A DNA stretch of 64,000 nucleotides. Origin: Deferribacterales bacterium (GTDB lineage: Bacteria; Chrysiogenota; Deferribacteres; Deferribacterales; Geovibrionaceae). The stretch lies in contig JBFWJS010000001.1 of assembly GCA_050253075.1 (NCBI GenBank), positions 352,001-416,000 on the forward strand, read 5' to 3'. Positions within the stretch are counted from its first letter, which is position 1. Each line of letters starts with the position of its first letter. The translations under genes were made by a program, and so were the position numbers. The notes under the pieces were generated by a model that was not told the DNA's origin, did no database searches, and worked only from the letters and a program-made list of their open reading frames with translations. Positions 20,590 through 31,875 of this stretch are shown here, in pieces.

Positions 20590-21414
20590 ATGGAAGAGCT
20601 CAGAGAGATAATCAAAAATTCAGCTTCATGTCTTTTTCTCACCAGTGCGGGGATGAGCGCAGACAGCGGTATACCCACATTCAGAGACCGTGAGGGATAC
20701 TGGCGGAACTTCCCAATTTTCAAAGAAAAAGGACTACAGCCGCAGGAGCTCGCCTCACCGCAGTCTTTCCGTGTACAGGCGCACCACAGCTGGGCATTCT
20801 ATGAATGGCGCAGGCGCAACGCACGGGAGAACTCCCCCCATCAGGGCTATGACATAGTCAACGACATGATGGAAAACTATTTCAAACATTCATTCATACA
20901 CACCACCAACACAGACGGATATCACCTGATCAGCGGATGTGACAAATCAAAGGTGATGGAGGTACACGGCTCTATCTGGCGGGTGCAGTGCATGAACGGC
21001 ATGAGCTGCCGATATATGTATGAAGAGAATAACGAAGTACCGCTCTGTGATCTGGACTACGAGACAATGTCCGCATCAAACATGCCCCACTGCCCACACT
21101 GCGGGTCGCTCATCCGCCCGAATGTGCTTATGTTCGGCGACTGGGAGTATGTGGACCACATGCACCACTATCACAATTTTCAGGCGTTTGTGCAGGATGT
21201 TCGTGTACCCGACCTGATATTCCTCGTGGGATCGTCCAGCGAGATACCCACCAACGACTACATAGCGAAAAAGTTTCAGTCGGGCGGAGCAAAGGTTGTC
21301 ACCATAAACCCCGACCCGGCCTCCACACGTGTCTGCACACCTGACGTATATATACAGACGGGTGCTCTCGATGCTTTCCTGCGGATAGGCGAAATACTCG
21401 ATTCCATACGATAA
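20590..21414 (+). CDS. Sir2-family NAD-dependent protein deacylase (CobB-like)
   Basis: SAGMSADSGIPTFR, TTNTDGYH, EVHGS, zinc Cys pairs incl. CPHC, RPNVLMFGD; start moved to MEELREII. Confidence 0.9.
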   Translation: MEELREIIKNSASCLFLTSAGMSADSGIPTFRDREGYWRNFPIFKEKGLQPQELASPQSFRVQAHHSWAFYEWRRRNARENSPHQGYDIVNDMMENYFKHSFIHTTNTDGYHLISGCDKSKVMEVHGSIWRVQCMNGMSCRYMYEENNEVPLCDLDYETMSASNMPHCPHCGSLIRPNVLMFGDWEYVDHMHHYHNFQAFVQDVRVPDLIFLVGSSSEIPTNDYIAKKFQSGGAKVVTINPDPASTRVCTPDVYIQTGALDAFLRIGEILDSIR

Positions 21415-21443
21415 TTTCATCTGAAAAACACCTCAAAAAAACC

Positions 21444-21472
21444 TTGACACAAAACGAGTGAATTCTTATTCT
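21444..21472 (+). promoter_or_regulatory. Sigma70-type promoter of hrcA operon
   Basis: TTGACA (21444-21449), 17 bp, TATTCT (21467-21472), directly before CIRCE. Confidence 0.75.
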
Positions 21473-21479
21473 ATCACTG

Positions 21480-21506
21480 TTAGCACTCAACAGTGCCGAG
21501 TGCTAA
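21480..21506 (+). promoter_or_regulatory. CIRCE operator (HrcA binding site)
   Basis: Perfect TTAGCACTC-aacagtgcc-GAGTGCTAA. Confidence 0.97.
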
Positions 21507-21519
21507 TAAACAAAAAACG

Positions 21520-21613
21520 GTCATTGCGAGGAAGGCTTTAGTCTGACGACGCAATCTTCCAAATGAATTGAATCAATTGACTTGGAAGACTGCTGCGCTT
21601 CGCTCACATTGAC
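21520..21613. repeat. GTCATT-type palindromic repeat (two arms) in hrcA leader
   Basis: gtcattgcgag...gcaatcttccaa...ttggaagactgc...cgctcacattgac. Confidence 0.75.
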
Positions 21614-21634
21614 AAAAGCGGGACTGAGGTAAAA

Positions 21635-22675
21635 ATGTCTTTTCTGAATGAAAGAGAAGAAATTGTACTAAAAACCATTATTGAAGAATTTGTGCAGAGC
21701 AACGAACCGGTTGGATCACGTTTCATCTCCAAAGCCGGCCCGTTGAAGCTCGGCCCCGCATCGATAAGAAACATTATGAGTGACCTAGAGGACAAAGGCT
21801 ACATCATGCAGCCGCACACATCCTCGGGACGTGTCCCTTCAGACGAAGGATACAGATATTATATAGACAAGCTCGTGACGTTCGACGCTGATAAGGAAAC
21901 TATCATAAACAGCCTAAAGGCTGAATGCAGTGCGGACAACATAAACGGTGTGCTCAAAAAGGTGAGCGACAACCTCGGCAGGCTCACACGCTCTGTCGGC
22001 TTTGTCATTTCGCCTAAGCTGAACACCATGCTGTTGAAGCACATAGAGTTTGTCAGGCTGAATGCAGCCACAGTCCTAGCTGTTGTCGTAGCCCGTACAG
22101 GCATCGTGCATAACGTCATGATAGAAGTACCGCCTTCGACCACAGACTCAGAGCTCACACAGGTGAGCAACTATCTCAACCACCACTTTTCAAACAAGAG
22201 CCTTATGGAGCTCAAAAGCGAGATAGTCGAAGAGATGAAGGACGACAAAAAAGTTATGGATCACCTCTTCCGCAATGTTTCGACAATGGCGGAGGCTGTG
22301 TTTTCAAAGAGCGGAGACGACTCCGACATTTTTATGAGCAGCACATCGGGCATACTGGACCTCCCCGAGTTCAGCGATGTTTCCCGCCTGAAGAGTCTGC
22401 TCGGCACATTTGAAGAGAAGAAGTTCATCTTTGACATTCTGGATAAATGCCAGAATGAGAAAGGTGTGAATATATTCGTAGGGACAGAGATCGGGCGTGA
22501 GGAGATATCAGAGCTGGGTCTGGTGACAAAGACATACTCCAGAGGCGGAAACGTCGTGGGGATGCTCGGCATCATCGGGCCGAAACGTATGAAATACTCC
22601 GATGTCGTAAATGTTGTCGACTGTTCCGCTGAGATAGTATCAGACATCTTAGGCAAATTTTTAGAGAGCAAGTGA
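21635..22675 (+). CDS. hrcA: Heat-inducible transcription repressor HrcA
   Basis: EPVGSR, ASIRNIMSDLE, QPHTSSGRVPSDEGYRYYID, GIIGPKRMKY; CIRCE upstream. Confidence 0.96.
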   Translation: MSFLNEREEIVLKTIIEEFVQSNEPVGSRFISKAGPLKLGPASIRNIMSDLEDKGYIMQPHTSSGRVPSDEGYRYYIDKLVTFDADKETIINSLKAECSADNINGVLKKVSDNLGRLTRSVGFVISPKLNTMLLKHIEFVRLNAATVLAVVVARTGIVHNVMIEVPPSTTDSELTQVSNYLNHHFSNKSLMELKSEIVEEMKDDKKVMDHLFRNVSTMAEAVFSKSGDDSDIFMSSTSGILDLPEFSDVSRLKSLLGTFEEKKFIFDILDKCQNEKGVNIFVGTEIGREEISELGLVTKTYSRGGNVVGMLGIIGPKRMKYSDVVNVVDCSAEIVSDILGKFLESK

Positions 22676-22683
22676 GGATATAG

Positions 22684-23223
22684 ATGGAAGAAATGAAGGA
22701 CGAGCAGGTTAAAGACCAGCAGGAAGAGTCCGCAAACGAAGGCAAAAGCGAGATAGAGATTCTGCAGGAGCAGAACATGCGTCTCCTCGATCAGGTGGCA
22801 GATTCGAAGGATAAAGAGCTTCGTGCCGTTGCCGAGATGGAGAACGTGCGCAAGAGACTGGTGAAGGAGTTCGACGATAAGCTGAAATTCTCCAACCAGA
22901 ACCTTATCGCAGGGCTTTTCCCCGTTATGGACAATTTTGAAACATCTCTCAGCCATATCAATCCGGATAATCCGGTTGAGTCCCTTAAGGAAGGCGTGGA
23001 GCTGACACTTAAGCAGATGAGAGAAGTTCTCGAAAAATTCGGTCTGGAGGAGATCGCCCTTGAAGTAGGCGAAGAGTTCAACCCTCTCTACCACGAAGCG
23101 CTCATGGTGGAGGCAAACCCCGAGTACGAGAACAACGCAGTGCTTATGATACTACAGAAGGGATACAAGCTGCACGGACGTGTGGTGCGCCCTTCAAAGG
23201 TTAAAGTAAATAAACTGAGCTAA
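22684..23223 (+). CDS. grpE: Nucleotide exchange factor GrpE
   Basis: AEMENVRKR, FNPLYHEA, QKGYKLHGRVVRPSKVKV. Confidence 0.95.
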   Translation: MEEMKDEQVKDQQEESANEGKSEIEILQEQNMRLLDQVADSKDKELRAVAEMENVRKRLVKEFDDKLKFSNQNLIAGLFPVMDNFETSLSHINPDNPVESLKEGVELTLKQMREVLEKFGLEEIALEVGEEFNPLYHEALMVEANPEYENNAVLMILQKGYKLHGRVVRPSKVKVNKLS

Positions 23224-23227
23224 TCTC

Positions 23228-23307
23228 TGTCTGAGCCGAGGCCCCGGCGAAGTATCTATCCCTGCAAAGGGTTCGGATTCTTCGGTCGTTACACCCCTCA
23301 GAATGAC
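23228..23307. repeat. GTCATT-type palindromic repeat between grpE and dnaK
   Basis: ctgagccgaggccccggcgaag...ggattcttcggtcgttacacccctcagaatgac. Confidence 0.65.
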
Positions 23308-23361
23308 GGATTTGAATCCGGATGAAACAAAAATATATATAGAAGAAAGGAGATAATTAAA

Positions 23362-25296
23362 ATGGCTACTAAATCTCAAAAAGTTATCGGTATCGACCTT
23401 GGTACAACAAACTCCTGTGTATCTATCATGGAGGGCGGAAAGCCTAAGGTTATCGCAAATGCAGAAGGAACACTTACAACTCCTTCCGTTGTTGCTTTCA
23501 CCGACTCAGACAAGCTCGTTGGTCAGCTTGCAAAACGTCAGGCCATCACAAACCCGGAGAACACTATATTCTCCATAAAAAGACTTATAGGTAGAAAAGT
23601 AGATGCGAAGGAAGTGGCAAAAGCCAAAGACATCCTCCCCTACAAGATCGTCCCTTCGGACAATCAGGACGCATGGGTAGAGGTAAAAGGCAAAAAGTAT
23701 GCTCCACAGGAGATATCTGCCATGATCCTTCAGAAGCTGAAATCCACAGCAGAAGACTACCTCGGCGAAACTGTCACAGAGGCTGTTATCACTGTACCTG
23801 CATACTTCAACGATGCACAGCGTCAGGCTACAAAAGACGCAGGCAAGATCGCAGGACTTAATGTCCAGCGTATCATCAACGAGCCGACAGCAGCAGCCCT
23901 CGCTTACGGTATGGATAAAAAGCACGATCAGAAGATCGCTGTATACGACCTCGGCGGCGGTACATTCGACGTATCTATCCTTGAGCTCGGCGACGGCGTT
24001 TTCGAAGTTAAGTCTACTAACGGTGATACATTCCTCGGCGGTGACGACTTCGACATGCGCATAGTTGAATGGCTCATAGACGAGTTCAGAAAAGATAACG
24101 GACTCGACCTTAAAAATGACAAAATGGCTCTTCAGCGTCTGAAAGAAGCTGCTGAAAAAGCTAAGCACGAACTTTCCACAGCGGGTGAGACAGAGATCAA
24201 CCTTCCGTTCATCACAGCGGATGCTTCCGGTCCTAAGCACCTTGTTGTTAAGCTGTCCAGAAGCAAATTCGAGTCTCTAGTAGGCGACCTTGTTGAAAAC
24301 TCTCTCGAGCCGTGCAAGCTCGCTCTTAAAGATGCGAACCTCTCTGCTTCTCAGATAGACGAAGTTATCCTTGTGGGCGGTATGACACGTATGCCTCTCG
24401 TACAGAAGCGTGTTAAAGAATTCTTCGGCAAAGAACCTCATAAAGGTATCAACCCTGACGAAGTTGTTGCGGTCGGTGCTGCTATCCAGGGTGCTGTTCT
24501 CGCAGGTGACGTGAAGGACGTTCTCCTTCTCGACGTTACACCGCTTTCTCTCGGTATCGAGACTCTCGGCGGAGTAATGACAAAGGTCATCACAAGAAAC
24601 ACAACAATCCCTGCACGTCAGTCTCAGGTGTTCACAACTGCTGCAGACAGCCAGACATCTGTTACTATATCAGTGCTTCAGGGTGAGCGTGAAATGTCTG
24701 CGGATAACAAATCCATCGGACGTTTCGACCTCGTAGGTATCCCTGCTGCTCCACGCGGTATCCCACAGATCGAGGTTACATTCGATATCGATGCAAACGG
24801 TATCCTCCATGTTTCCGCTAAAGATCAGGGAACAGGCAAGGAACAGTCCATCCGCATCACTCCTACAAGCGGTCTGTCCGATGAGGAGATCGATCAGATG
24901 GTAAAAGATGCCGAGATCAACGCCGAAGCAGATAAGAAGAAGAAAGAGCTCGTCGAGGTTAAAAACCAGGCGGACACTCTCATCTACTCCACAGAGAAAT
25001 CTCTGGCAGAGCACGGCGATAAAGTAGACGAAGGCACAAAGAAAGCTATCGAAGAATCACTTCAGGAACTGAAAGACGCCAACGCAGGCGACAACGCAGA
25101 TGCTATCAAAGCTGCTATAGACAAGCTGACACAGTCTGCCCATAAGCTCGCTGAGGAGATCTACAAAGATGCTCAGGCTCAGAACGCACAAAATGCAGAA
25201 GCAGGCGCAGAAGGCGCAGGCGATGCGGGTGTCGAGAAACCTGCCGACGATGTTGTAGATGCTGAATTCGAAGAAGTAAACGACGACAAGAAATAA
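23362..25296 (+). CDS. dnaK: Chaperone DnaK (Hsp70)
   Basis: [38 protein letters not shown]-terminal DAEFEEV. Confidence 0.99.
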   Translation: MATKSQKVIGIDLGTTNSCVSIMEGGKPKVIANAEGTLTTPSVVAFTDSDKLVGQLAKRQAITNPENTIFSIKRLIGRKVDAKEVAKAKDILPYKIVPSDNQDAWVEVKGKKYAPQEISAMILQKLKSTAEDYLGETVTEAVITVPAYFNDAQRQATKDAGKIAGLNVQRIINEPTAAALAYGMDKKHDQKIAVYDLGGGTFDVSILELGDGVFEVKSTNGDTFLGGDDFDMRIVEWLIDEFRKDNGLDLKNDKMALQRLKEAAEKAKHELSTAGETEINLPFITADASGPKHLVVKLSRSKFESLVGDLVENSLEPCKLALKDANLSASQIDEVILVGGMTRMPLVQKRVKEFFGKEPHKGINPDEVVAVGAAIQGAVLAGDVKDVLLLDVTPLSLGIETLGGVMTKVITRNTTIPARQSQVFTTAADSQTSVTISVLQGEREMSADNKSIGRFDLVGIPAAPRGIPQIEVTFDIDANGILHVSAKDQGTGKEQSIRITPTSGLSDEEIDQMVKDAEINAEADKKKKELVEVKNQADTLIYSTEKSLAEHGDKVDEGTKKAIEESLQELKDANAGDNADAIKAAIDKLTQSAHKLAEEIYKDAQAQNAQNAEAGAEGAGDAGVEKPADDVVDAEFEEVNDDKK

Positions 25297-25317
25297 GTCC
25301 TGACGGGGCTTTTGATC

Positions 25318-25351
25318 AGGGTGGCACTGTATTTGTGCCACCCTATTTTTT
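25318..25351 (+). terminator. Intrinsic terminator after dnaK
   Basis: agggtggcac-loop-gtgccaccct followed by attttt. Confidence 0.75.
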
Positions 25352-25354
25352 ACA

Positions 25355-25418
25355 GTAATCCTGAGCCAAGCGAAGATTCCGAAAATGTTTTCAGATTCCT
25401 CACTTTGTTCAGAATGAC
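25355..25418. repeat. GTCATT-type palindromic repeat between dnaK and dnaJ
   Basis: gtaatcctgagccaagcgaag...agattcctcactttgttcagaatgac. Confidence 0.65.
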
Positions 25419-25436
25419 AGAATAGGTGATTTTAAC

Positions 25437-26549
25437 ATGTCCAAAGACTATTATGAGATATTAGGCGTAAACCGAAACGCCACAGAATCCGAACTGAAAA
25501 AAGCATACCGTAAGCTCGCTATGGAATACCACCCGGACAGAAACCCGGGCAATGAAGAGGCAGAGGCAAAGTTTCGTGAGATAAACGAGGCGTATCAGGT
25601 GCTCTCTGACGGGACAAAGCGTTCGCAGTATGACCAGTACGGACGTGTCTTTGATGAAAATCAGGGATTCGGCGGCGGAGGCGGCTTCAGCGGCGACACT
25701 ATCTTTGAAGAGTTCTTTGGCGATGTTTTCGGCGATTTCTTCGGCACCACGGGGAATACAAAGCGCAAGCGCAGACCGCAGAAGGGACAGTCCATACAAT
25801 ACGACATGGAGATAACCTTCATGGAGGCTGCTTTCGGTGTGGAAAAAGAGATAGAGATACCTCTCACCGAAAACTGTAAGCGATGCGACGGCTCAGGCGC
25901 AGAACCGGGCGCTATGGAGACATGTCCAACATGCCACGGTTCAGGTACTATCCAGCGCAGGCAGGGACTCTTCGCCATCAGCACTCCATGCTCCAACTGC
26001 GGAGGCTCTGGCCAGGTGATAAAGGAAGTGTGTACCGAGTGTAAAGGCGCAGGCACACACAGGGTGAAAAGCAAAATAAACCTCAAAGTACCCGCAGGGA
26101 TCGAAAGCGGCATGACCCTCCGTGTGAACGGAAAAGGCAACGCAGGGATGAACGGCGGACCAAACGGCGACCTATACGTAGAGATAACCGTTATAGAGCA
26201 TGATTTCTTCCGCAGAGAAGGGAGAGACGTCTTCGTAGAGCTCCCGATATCATTCGTCGATGCCATCATTGGTAAAGAGATAGAGATATCCACACTGGAC
26301 GGCAAAGAGAAGATAGAGATAAAAGCAGGCACACAGCCCGGCGACCGCATTGTACTCAGGGGGAAAGGTCTCCCCGATGTGCAGGGATACGGCGTGGGCA
26401 ATATGAATATAGATATAAAAGTTCTCCTCCCGACAAAGCTCACAAAGGAGCAGAAGGACCTCTTACAGCAGTTTGACGGTGCGACCACAGAGGATAACTA
26501 CTCATCCCACAAATCATTCTGGGACAAGCTGAAAGATTTTATAAGCTGA
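25437..26549 (+). CDS. dnaJ: Chaperone DnaJ
   Basis: J domain HPD, G/F region, four CxxCxGxG repeats. Confidence 0.98.
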   Translation: MSKDYYEILGVNRNATESELKKAYRKLAMEYHPDRNPGNEEAEAKFREINEAYQVLSDGTKRSQYDQYGRVFDENQGFGGGGGFSGDTIFEEFFGDVFGDFFGTTGNTKRKRRPQKGQSIQYDMEITFMEAAFGVEKEIEIPLTENCKRCDGSGAEPGAMETCPTCHGSGTIQRRQGLFAISTPCSNCGGSGQVIKEVCTECKGAGTHRVKSKINLKVPAGIESGMTLRVNGKGNAGMNGGPNGDLYVEITVIEHDFFRREGRDVFVELPISFVDAIIGKEIEISTLDGKEKIEIKAGTQPGDRIVLRGKGLPDVQGYGVGNMNIDIKVLLPTKLTKEQKDLLQQFDGATTEDNYSSHKSFWDKLKDFIS

Positions 26550-27057
26550 TATCTTCGGACTTTTTTTCCTTTTGCAGCTGCTTTATCACAGGGCACTGCA
26601 CGCCGATAGCACTGACCAGCAGGGCTGCGACTATACCGACGGTTACCTCGATGAATCTGTCGAATCCGATGCGCCATGCTATCTCGCTGTGGGGCATCAG
26701 CAGTATGATGGTAAACGTGACACCGCCGAGCCTGTATGCGCTCATGGTCAGCCTCAATGCATGGCATATGGTCCCCAGCATAAAGACGCCCAGCGTATAG
26801 TTCCATATGTATACATCGCTGAAGACAAAATCAAAAACACCCGCAAACATCACACCGATAAACGTACCGATCAGCCTCTGCTTTGATATGTCCCAAGACT
26901 GCCCCAGCGTAGACTGCATCACGATGATGGCGGATATCGGAGCCCAGTAAAACTCTGCGAGCCCCAAAAGCTTTGCCACTGCGAGCGAGACCATCACAGC
27001 AAGAGCTGTCCTGAAAGAGTGCATGAACCACTTGTCGTTCAATATTTTCTTTAGCAA
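26539..27057 (-). CDS. FUSC / aromatic acid exporter family membrane protein
   Basis: [30 protein letters not shown]. Confidence 0.8.
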   Translation of the reverse strand: MLKKILNDKWFMHSFRTALAVMVSLAVAKLLGLAEFYWAPISAIIVMQSTLGQSWDISKQRLIGTFIGVMFAGVFDFVFSDVYIWNYTLGVFMLGTICHALRLTMSAYRLGGVTFTIILLMPHSEIAWRIGFDRFIEVTVGIVAALLVSAIGVQCPVIKQLQKEKKSEDISL

Positions 27058-27138
27058 AATAATATACCTCTATTTAATAGAGTATATATCGGCAGGAATT
27101 CTTTGTACCTTTTATTTTACCTGAATATAGTTTTTAGT

Positions 27139-27249
27139 ATCCGCAGATGCGGAGGTAAAATTGGCGGTGAAGACGGCGCTGCGGAGCTGCTCGGACTGAA
27201 TCTGAGCACCCTAAGGGGAAAAATGCGGAAATACGGCATAAAATCCTGA
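27139..27249 (+). pseudogene. Remnant C-terminal Fis-type HTH of a sigma54-dependent activator (FhlA-like)
   Basis: Hand translation IRRCGGKIGGEDGAAELLGLNLSTLRGKMRKYGIKS*; no AAA+ domain upstream. Confidence 0.65.
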
Positions 27250-27332
27250 TAGAATCAGCGTTTTAAACGAATTCCATTGTAATTTGTTATCAAGTATAAT
27301 ATAAAACAACATACATTATTAGAGGTAGAAAT

Positions 27333-28718
27333 ATGTCTGAAAAGATGTGGGGCGGAAGGTTTTCTCTGCCTACAGATAAATTTGTGGAAGAATTCAATGC
27401 ATCTGTTCATTTCGATAACAGATTTTATAAATACGATATCAAAGGGAGCATGGCACACGCAAAAATGCTGGCAAAGCAGGGTGTCATATCCGAAGCTGAC
27501 CGTGACGCCATCCTCAAGGGTCTAGACCAGGTTCTGTCTGAGATAGAATCAGGACAGTTCGCATGGAGAACAGAGGACGAGGATGTACACATGGCTGTCG
27601 AAAAACGCCTGACAGAGATAGTGGGCGATGCGGGCAAGAGACTGCACACAGCCAGAAGCAGAAACGATCAGGTCGCCGTGGATTTCCGCATGTATCTGAA
27701 GTCTGAGATAGTAGAAATTCAGGCGCTCATAGCTGAACTGCTGAAAACTCTCGTACAGAAAGCAGACGGTGATAAAGAGACAATGATGCCAGGCTTCACA
27801 CACCTGCAGACGGCACAGCCTATCCTCTTCGCACACTGGCTGATGGCATACTTTCAGATGGTTAAAAGGGACTACGGCAGATTCGCCGATTGTCTCGAGC
27901 GTATGGACTACTGTCCCCTTGGCGCAGGCGCTCTTGCGGGTACCACATTCGACATAGACAGACACTTCACTGCTGCCGAGCTCGGCTTCAAAGCCCCTAC
28001 GGAAAACAGTCTCGACTCCGTATCAGACAGAGACTTTGCAATAGAGTTCCTCTCTGCATGCTCTATCTGTCAGATGCACCTTTCCAGATTTTCCGAAGAA
28101 CTGATAATATACTCCACATCGGAGTTCAGCTTTATAGAACTTTCAGACGACTTCTGCACGGGCTCATCCATCATGCCTCAGAAGAAAAACCCTGACATGC
28201 CAGAGCTCATCAGAGGCAAGACAGGGCGTGTGTACGGCAGCCTCATAAGCATGCTGACCACTATGAAAGGACTTCCGCTCGCTTACAACAAAGACATGCA
28301 GGAAGATAAGGAGCCTGTCTTCGACGCACTTGACACCCTCAAGGCGTCTCTGAAGATATTCGCCCCGATGATAGAGAAGATGAAGCTGAGACCTGAAAAA
28401 ATGGAAAAAGCAGCAGGAGCAGGATACTCCACTGCCACAGACCTCGCCGATTACCTCGTGCGCAAGGGACTGCCTTTCCGTCAGTGTCACCACATAGTAG
28501 GCTCAGCCGTCGCATACGCCATCGAAAAAGGCGTTGACCTCAGCGAACTTACCCTTGATGAATTCAGCAGATTCACTGATGTTATAACAGAAGATATATA
28601 TCAGTACATAACAGTCAGAGCATCCGTAAACAGCCGTACGGCAACAGGCGGCACAGCGGAAAGCTCCGTAAAAGAGCAGATAAAGGCTGCGACAAAATAC
28701 GTAAATGAAATATTTTAG
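27333..28718 (+). CDS. argH: Argininosuccinate lyase
   Basis: [34 protein letters not shown]. Confidence 0.97.
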   Translation: MSEKMWGGRFSLPTDKFVEEFNASVHFDNRFYKYDIKGSMAHAKMLAKQGVISEADRDAILKGLDQVLSEIESGQFAWRTEDEDVHMAVEKRLTEIVGDAGKRLHTARSRNDQVAVDFRMYLKSEIVEIQALIAELLKTLVQKADGDKETMMPGFTHLQTAQPILFAHWLMAYFQMVKRDYGRFADCLERMDYCPLGAGALAGTTFDIDRHFTAAELGFKAPTENSLDSVSDRDFAIEFLSACSICQMHLSRFSEELIIYSTSEFSFIELSDDFCTGSSIMPQKKNPDMPELIRGKTGRVYGSLISMLTTMKGLPLAYNKDMQEDKEPVFDALDTLKASLKIFAPMIEKMKLRPEKMEKAAGAGYSTATDLADYLVRKGLPFRQCHHIVGSAVAYAIEKGVDLSELTLDEFSRFTDVITEDIYQYITVRASVNSRTATGGTAESSVKEQIKAATKYVNEIF

Positions 28719-29571
28719 CCTGCTGATAGCAGCACTATTAATACTTACAGCCTGCGGTAAGAAGACCGACACCATCCCTAAAGATGCGCTGGAGAATGTC
28801 CAGCCTCCGAAAGCCGTCATAGTGAAAGCTCAGGAGGAAGGCTTCTACATAGCGAATAATGAAGATGCCATTCTCTTTGTGGAAAAGGCAGAGCGTACGG
28901 GGCTCGAATGTGCGCCTTTCAGCCGTCTCGCCGTCTTGGAGCCGAAGCAGGACTATCTCGACACAGATGTAGAGATAGATAAGGAATACACATACAGACT
29001 GGTCAAACAGACAATAAGATATAAGCTGGTCTCTGCACCGAGGGAGTTCCCCGTTGTTTTCAGCCCGCCGCCTAATGTGGCAGATGCCGAGGTTGTAAAA
29101 GGCGAAGAGAACATCTCTGTCAGTATAAAGACAACGCACCCGTTCATCAGGATGGATGTCATCACCGGCGGTGAGAGCATTTTGCAGACGGGGCACGACA
29201 GCTTCAGCATTAAGCCTGAGCAGGTGGTAAATTACGCCATAGCTCTCAAGCTGATGGACATCTACGGCAACACAGGCGACCTGTACACCATTACATTCGA
29301 AGCACCTAAACCGCCCGCAGAACCGCTTAGTGATATAACAAACCTCACTGCGGCATACCTCGGCGGTGCGCTGCGCATCGTATGGGACAGTGTGGAAGGC
29401 GCAGATAGATATGAAGTATCTGTCTGTCAGGATGTTTCATGTGAAACTATTGAGTCAAAACTTCCTTTCATCGCTTACGAGAAAGAGTTTGACAAATGTA
29501 TAGATATAGCTGTACAAGCTCTGAACCCTGAACAGAGCTCAAATACAGCGAAATACAGATATTGCAGATAA
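28705..29571 (+). CDS. Lipoprotein with beta-rich, possibly FN3-like domains
   Basis: Lipobox [25 protein letters not shown]; overlaps argH end. Confidence 0.65.
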   Translation: MKYFSLLIAALLILTACGKKTDTIPKDALENVQPPKAVIVKAQEEGFYIANNEDAILFVEKAERTGLECAPFSRLAVLEPKQDYLDTDVEIDKEYTYRLVKQTIRYKLVSAPREFPVVFSPPPNVADAEVVKGEENISVSIKTTHPFIRMDVITGGESILQTGHDSFSIKPEQVVNYAIALKLMDIYGNTGDLYTITFEAPKPPAEPLSDITNLTAAYLGGALRIVWDSVEGADRYEVSVCQDVSCETIESKLPFIAYEKEFDKCIDIAVQALNPEQSSNTAKYRYCR

Positions 29572-29585
29572 TAAGGATATAAATA

Positions 29586-30941
29586 ATGTTTACAGTAGGA
29601 ATCATCGGCAGACCGAATGTCGGTAAATCGACTCTTTTCAACAGGCTGGCAGGCAAACGCCTCGCCATCGTGGACGACATGCCCGGTGTTACCCGTGACC
29701 GTATAGAATTCACCTCCGACTGGGAGGGCGAGAGATTCCGCATTGTGGACACTGCGGGATTCGACCTGAAGGAAGAGCTGGTTAAGAAAGAGATGCAGCA
29801 GCAGTTTTACTCTGCCCTCGACGAAGCCGACTTCTTCATACTTATGTCTGACGGCATCGAAGGCGTACACCCACTCGACGAGATAGTAATAGATATGCTC
29901 CGTAAGAAAAACAAGCCTTTCCAGCTCGTGGTCAACAAAGTAGACTCCGACGGTAAGGAAAACCTGATATACGATTTCTATCGTCTCGGCGTGGAGAACA
30001 TCATCTCCATCAGCGCATCCCACGGACGTAACGTGGACATGCTTCTGGACGAAATAGTAAAGCACATCCCCGAGGGACACGACAAAATAGACCCATACGA
30101 AGGGCGCATTAAGCTCGTCGTTACCGGACGTCCGAACGTGGGTAAATCATCCATGATTAACAAGTGGCTCGGCGAGGAGAGGCTCATCGTTACGCCTATC
30201 CCCGGAACCACACGTGATGCTGTCGACACATTCTTTGAGATAGACGGCGATAAATACGTGCTCATAGACACTGCGGGTATCCGTAAGAAGAAGTCTATGT
30301 TCAAAGACAAGATTGAGAAATACGGCTATTACCGCTGGCAGGACGCCGTAGAGCGTGCCGATGTCGCCGTGTGTATCGTAGACGCCGAAGAGGGCATCAC
30401 AGAGCGCGACGTTAAAGTTATCGCCGACACATGGGAAGCGGGCAGACCAGTCATACTCGTTATAAACAAATGGGACCTTGTCGAAGAAAAAGATGAGCAG
30501 GCGAAAGCTTTCCTTAAGGATGTGGACTATAAGCTCCAATTCCTCAACAACCCGCCTATCATATATACATCTACCATCACAGGTAAGAATATATTCAAAG
30601 TATTCAAGGCTGCAAAAGACCTTTATGTAGAAGCTACTAAGCGTATCAGCACACACAAGCTCCAGCACATCATAGAAGAGGCAGTTTTCAGACATCAGCC
30701 TCCTGTTGTGAAAAACAAACGTATTAAATTTTACTACATAACTCAGGTGAGCATACTGCCGCCGGAGTTCGTAATATTCGTAAACTATCCGGACTCCGTA
30801 CACTTTTCATACCAGCGATTCCTTGTGAACCTGATAAGAGAGTTCCACGGATTCAGCGGAGTGCCCGTGAAGGTCAACCTCAGGAAACGTGGAGAGACGA
30901 AAGGCGAACGGATGTCTGAAGGACGAGACGACAGAGACTAA
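29586..30941 (+). CDS. der: Ribosome biogenesis GTPase Der (EngA)
   Basis: Two G domains GRPNVGKS...DTAG...NKVD / NKWD, C-terminal KH-like domain. Confidence 0.97.
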   Translation: MFTVGIIGRPNVGKSTLFNRLAGKRLAIVDDMPGVTRDRIEFTSDWEGERFRIVDTAGFDLKEELVKKEMQQQFYSALDEADFFILMSDGIEGVHPLDEIVIDMLRKKNKPFQLVVNKVDSDGKENLIYDFYRLGVENIISISASHGRNVDMLLDEIVKHIPEGHDKIDPYEGRIKLVVTGRPNVGKSSMINKWLGEERLIVTPIPGTTRDAVDTFFEIDGDKYVLIDTAGIRKKKSMFKDKIEKYGYYRWQDAVERADVAVCIVDAEEGITERDVKVIADTWEAGRPVILVINKWDLVEEKDEQAKAFLKDVDYKLQFLNNPPIIYTSTITGKNIFKVFKAAKDLYVEATKRISTHKLQHIIEEAVFRHQPPVVKNKRIKFYYITQVSILPPEFVIFVNYPDSVHFSYQRFLVNLIREFHGFSGVPVKVNLRKRGETKGERMSEGRDDRD

Positions 30942-30954
30942 ACACTGAATAAGC

Positions 30955-30989
30955 AAATCCCCGCTGCCGAAAGACAACGGGGATTTTTT
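30955..30989. terminator. Intrinsic terminator between der and convergent lipoprotein gene
   Basis: aaatccccg...cggggatttttt. Confidence 0.75.
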
Positions 30990-30993
30990 GTAT

Positions 30994-31875
30994 CTAATCT
31001 CCGAACATGAAAATGTTTTTATAAACTATGTCATTATACAGCTCTGTACGAACAATATCCGTACCCAGCTCTGTGCCTTTATCATATGTCAGCAGGACTT
31101 CCCTGAGCGGTGTCACGCCTGCACCCTCGTAATATGCCACACGGGTCATCTTTCCGTCTGAGTCATACTCATAGTCTGTATATGCATCTGCCGAGCCGTC
31201 GAGGTCAGAGTCTTCCTCAATCTTGGTCAGCCTGTTCTGGGCATCATGTATATACGTCTTTGTCTCATCTGCGACGCTGTTTTCCGTTACGGCATCCTCT
31301 ATAAGGTTTCCGTTTGCGTCGAATGTAAGGGTATGCACCTGTTCGAAAACACCGTCAGGCTCAGAGTCATACTCTACGGTGGCTAACGTGCCCTCTGCGT
31401 CGTAGCTAAGCCTTACAGAGTTGATCATTGTGTCTGTGGGACGGTAAGTGTTATACCCGGTCATAGCACCTGCGGCATCGTATGTGTATGTCACTGCTTC
31501 GTCAGATTCGCCGTCGTTCCCCTCATCTGTCGTATAGCTCATAAGGTTGCCGTCGGCATCATAGTTGTACTCCATCGTTTCATCAGACATTACAATCTTT
31601 ATAAGGTTGCCGTCCGCATCAAATGTATATGCGGAGCTTTCAAGCTGTGTGCCGTCACTGTCCAACTGGTTCAGAGTGCTCAGATAGTTATCAGCACCGT
31701 ATACCAGCTCGTATGAATACGAAAGCTCTGCCGCACGGGGAGCTCCGTCCGCATAGATATCGATCTTTGACAAACGGTAAGGTCCTGTATAGGCATCGTC
31801 TGTGGAGCTGCCCGATGAACCGCCGCATCCTGCGATAAGCGCCGCTGTGGCGATCGTTAAAATAAGTTTCTTCAT
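30994..31875 (-). CDS. Acidic lipoprotein with YD-type repeats
   Basis: MKKL...LIAGC lipobox; repeated Y-x-[YF]-D-A-x-G-N-L; start moved to ATG 31875 with GAGG RBS. Confidence 0.75.
   Translation of the reverse strand: MKKLILTIATAALIAGCGGSSGSSTDDAYTGPYRLSKIDIYADGAPRAAELSYSYELVYGADNYLSTLNQLDSDGTQLESSAYTFDADGNLIKIVMSDETMEYNYDADGNLMSYTTDEGNDGESDEAVTYTYDAAGAMTGYNTYRPTDTMINSVRLSYDAEGTLATVEYDSEPDGVFEQVHTLTFDANGNLIEDAVTENSVADETKTYIHDAQNRLTKIEEDSDLDGSADAYTDYEYDSDGKMTRVAYYEGAGVTPLREVLLTYDKGTELGTDIVRTELYNDIVYKNIFMFGD

Noticed and set aside
20590..21414. Sir2 protein as an anti-phage defence effector
   Set aside because: Short classical zinc-binding sirtuin deacylase with no HerA, Argonaute or TIR partner nearby
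30994..31875. RHS/YD polymorphic toxin
   Set aside because: Too short, lipoprotein signal, no RHS core cleavage motif, toxin tip or immunity gene
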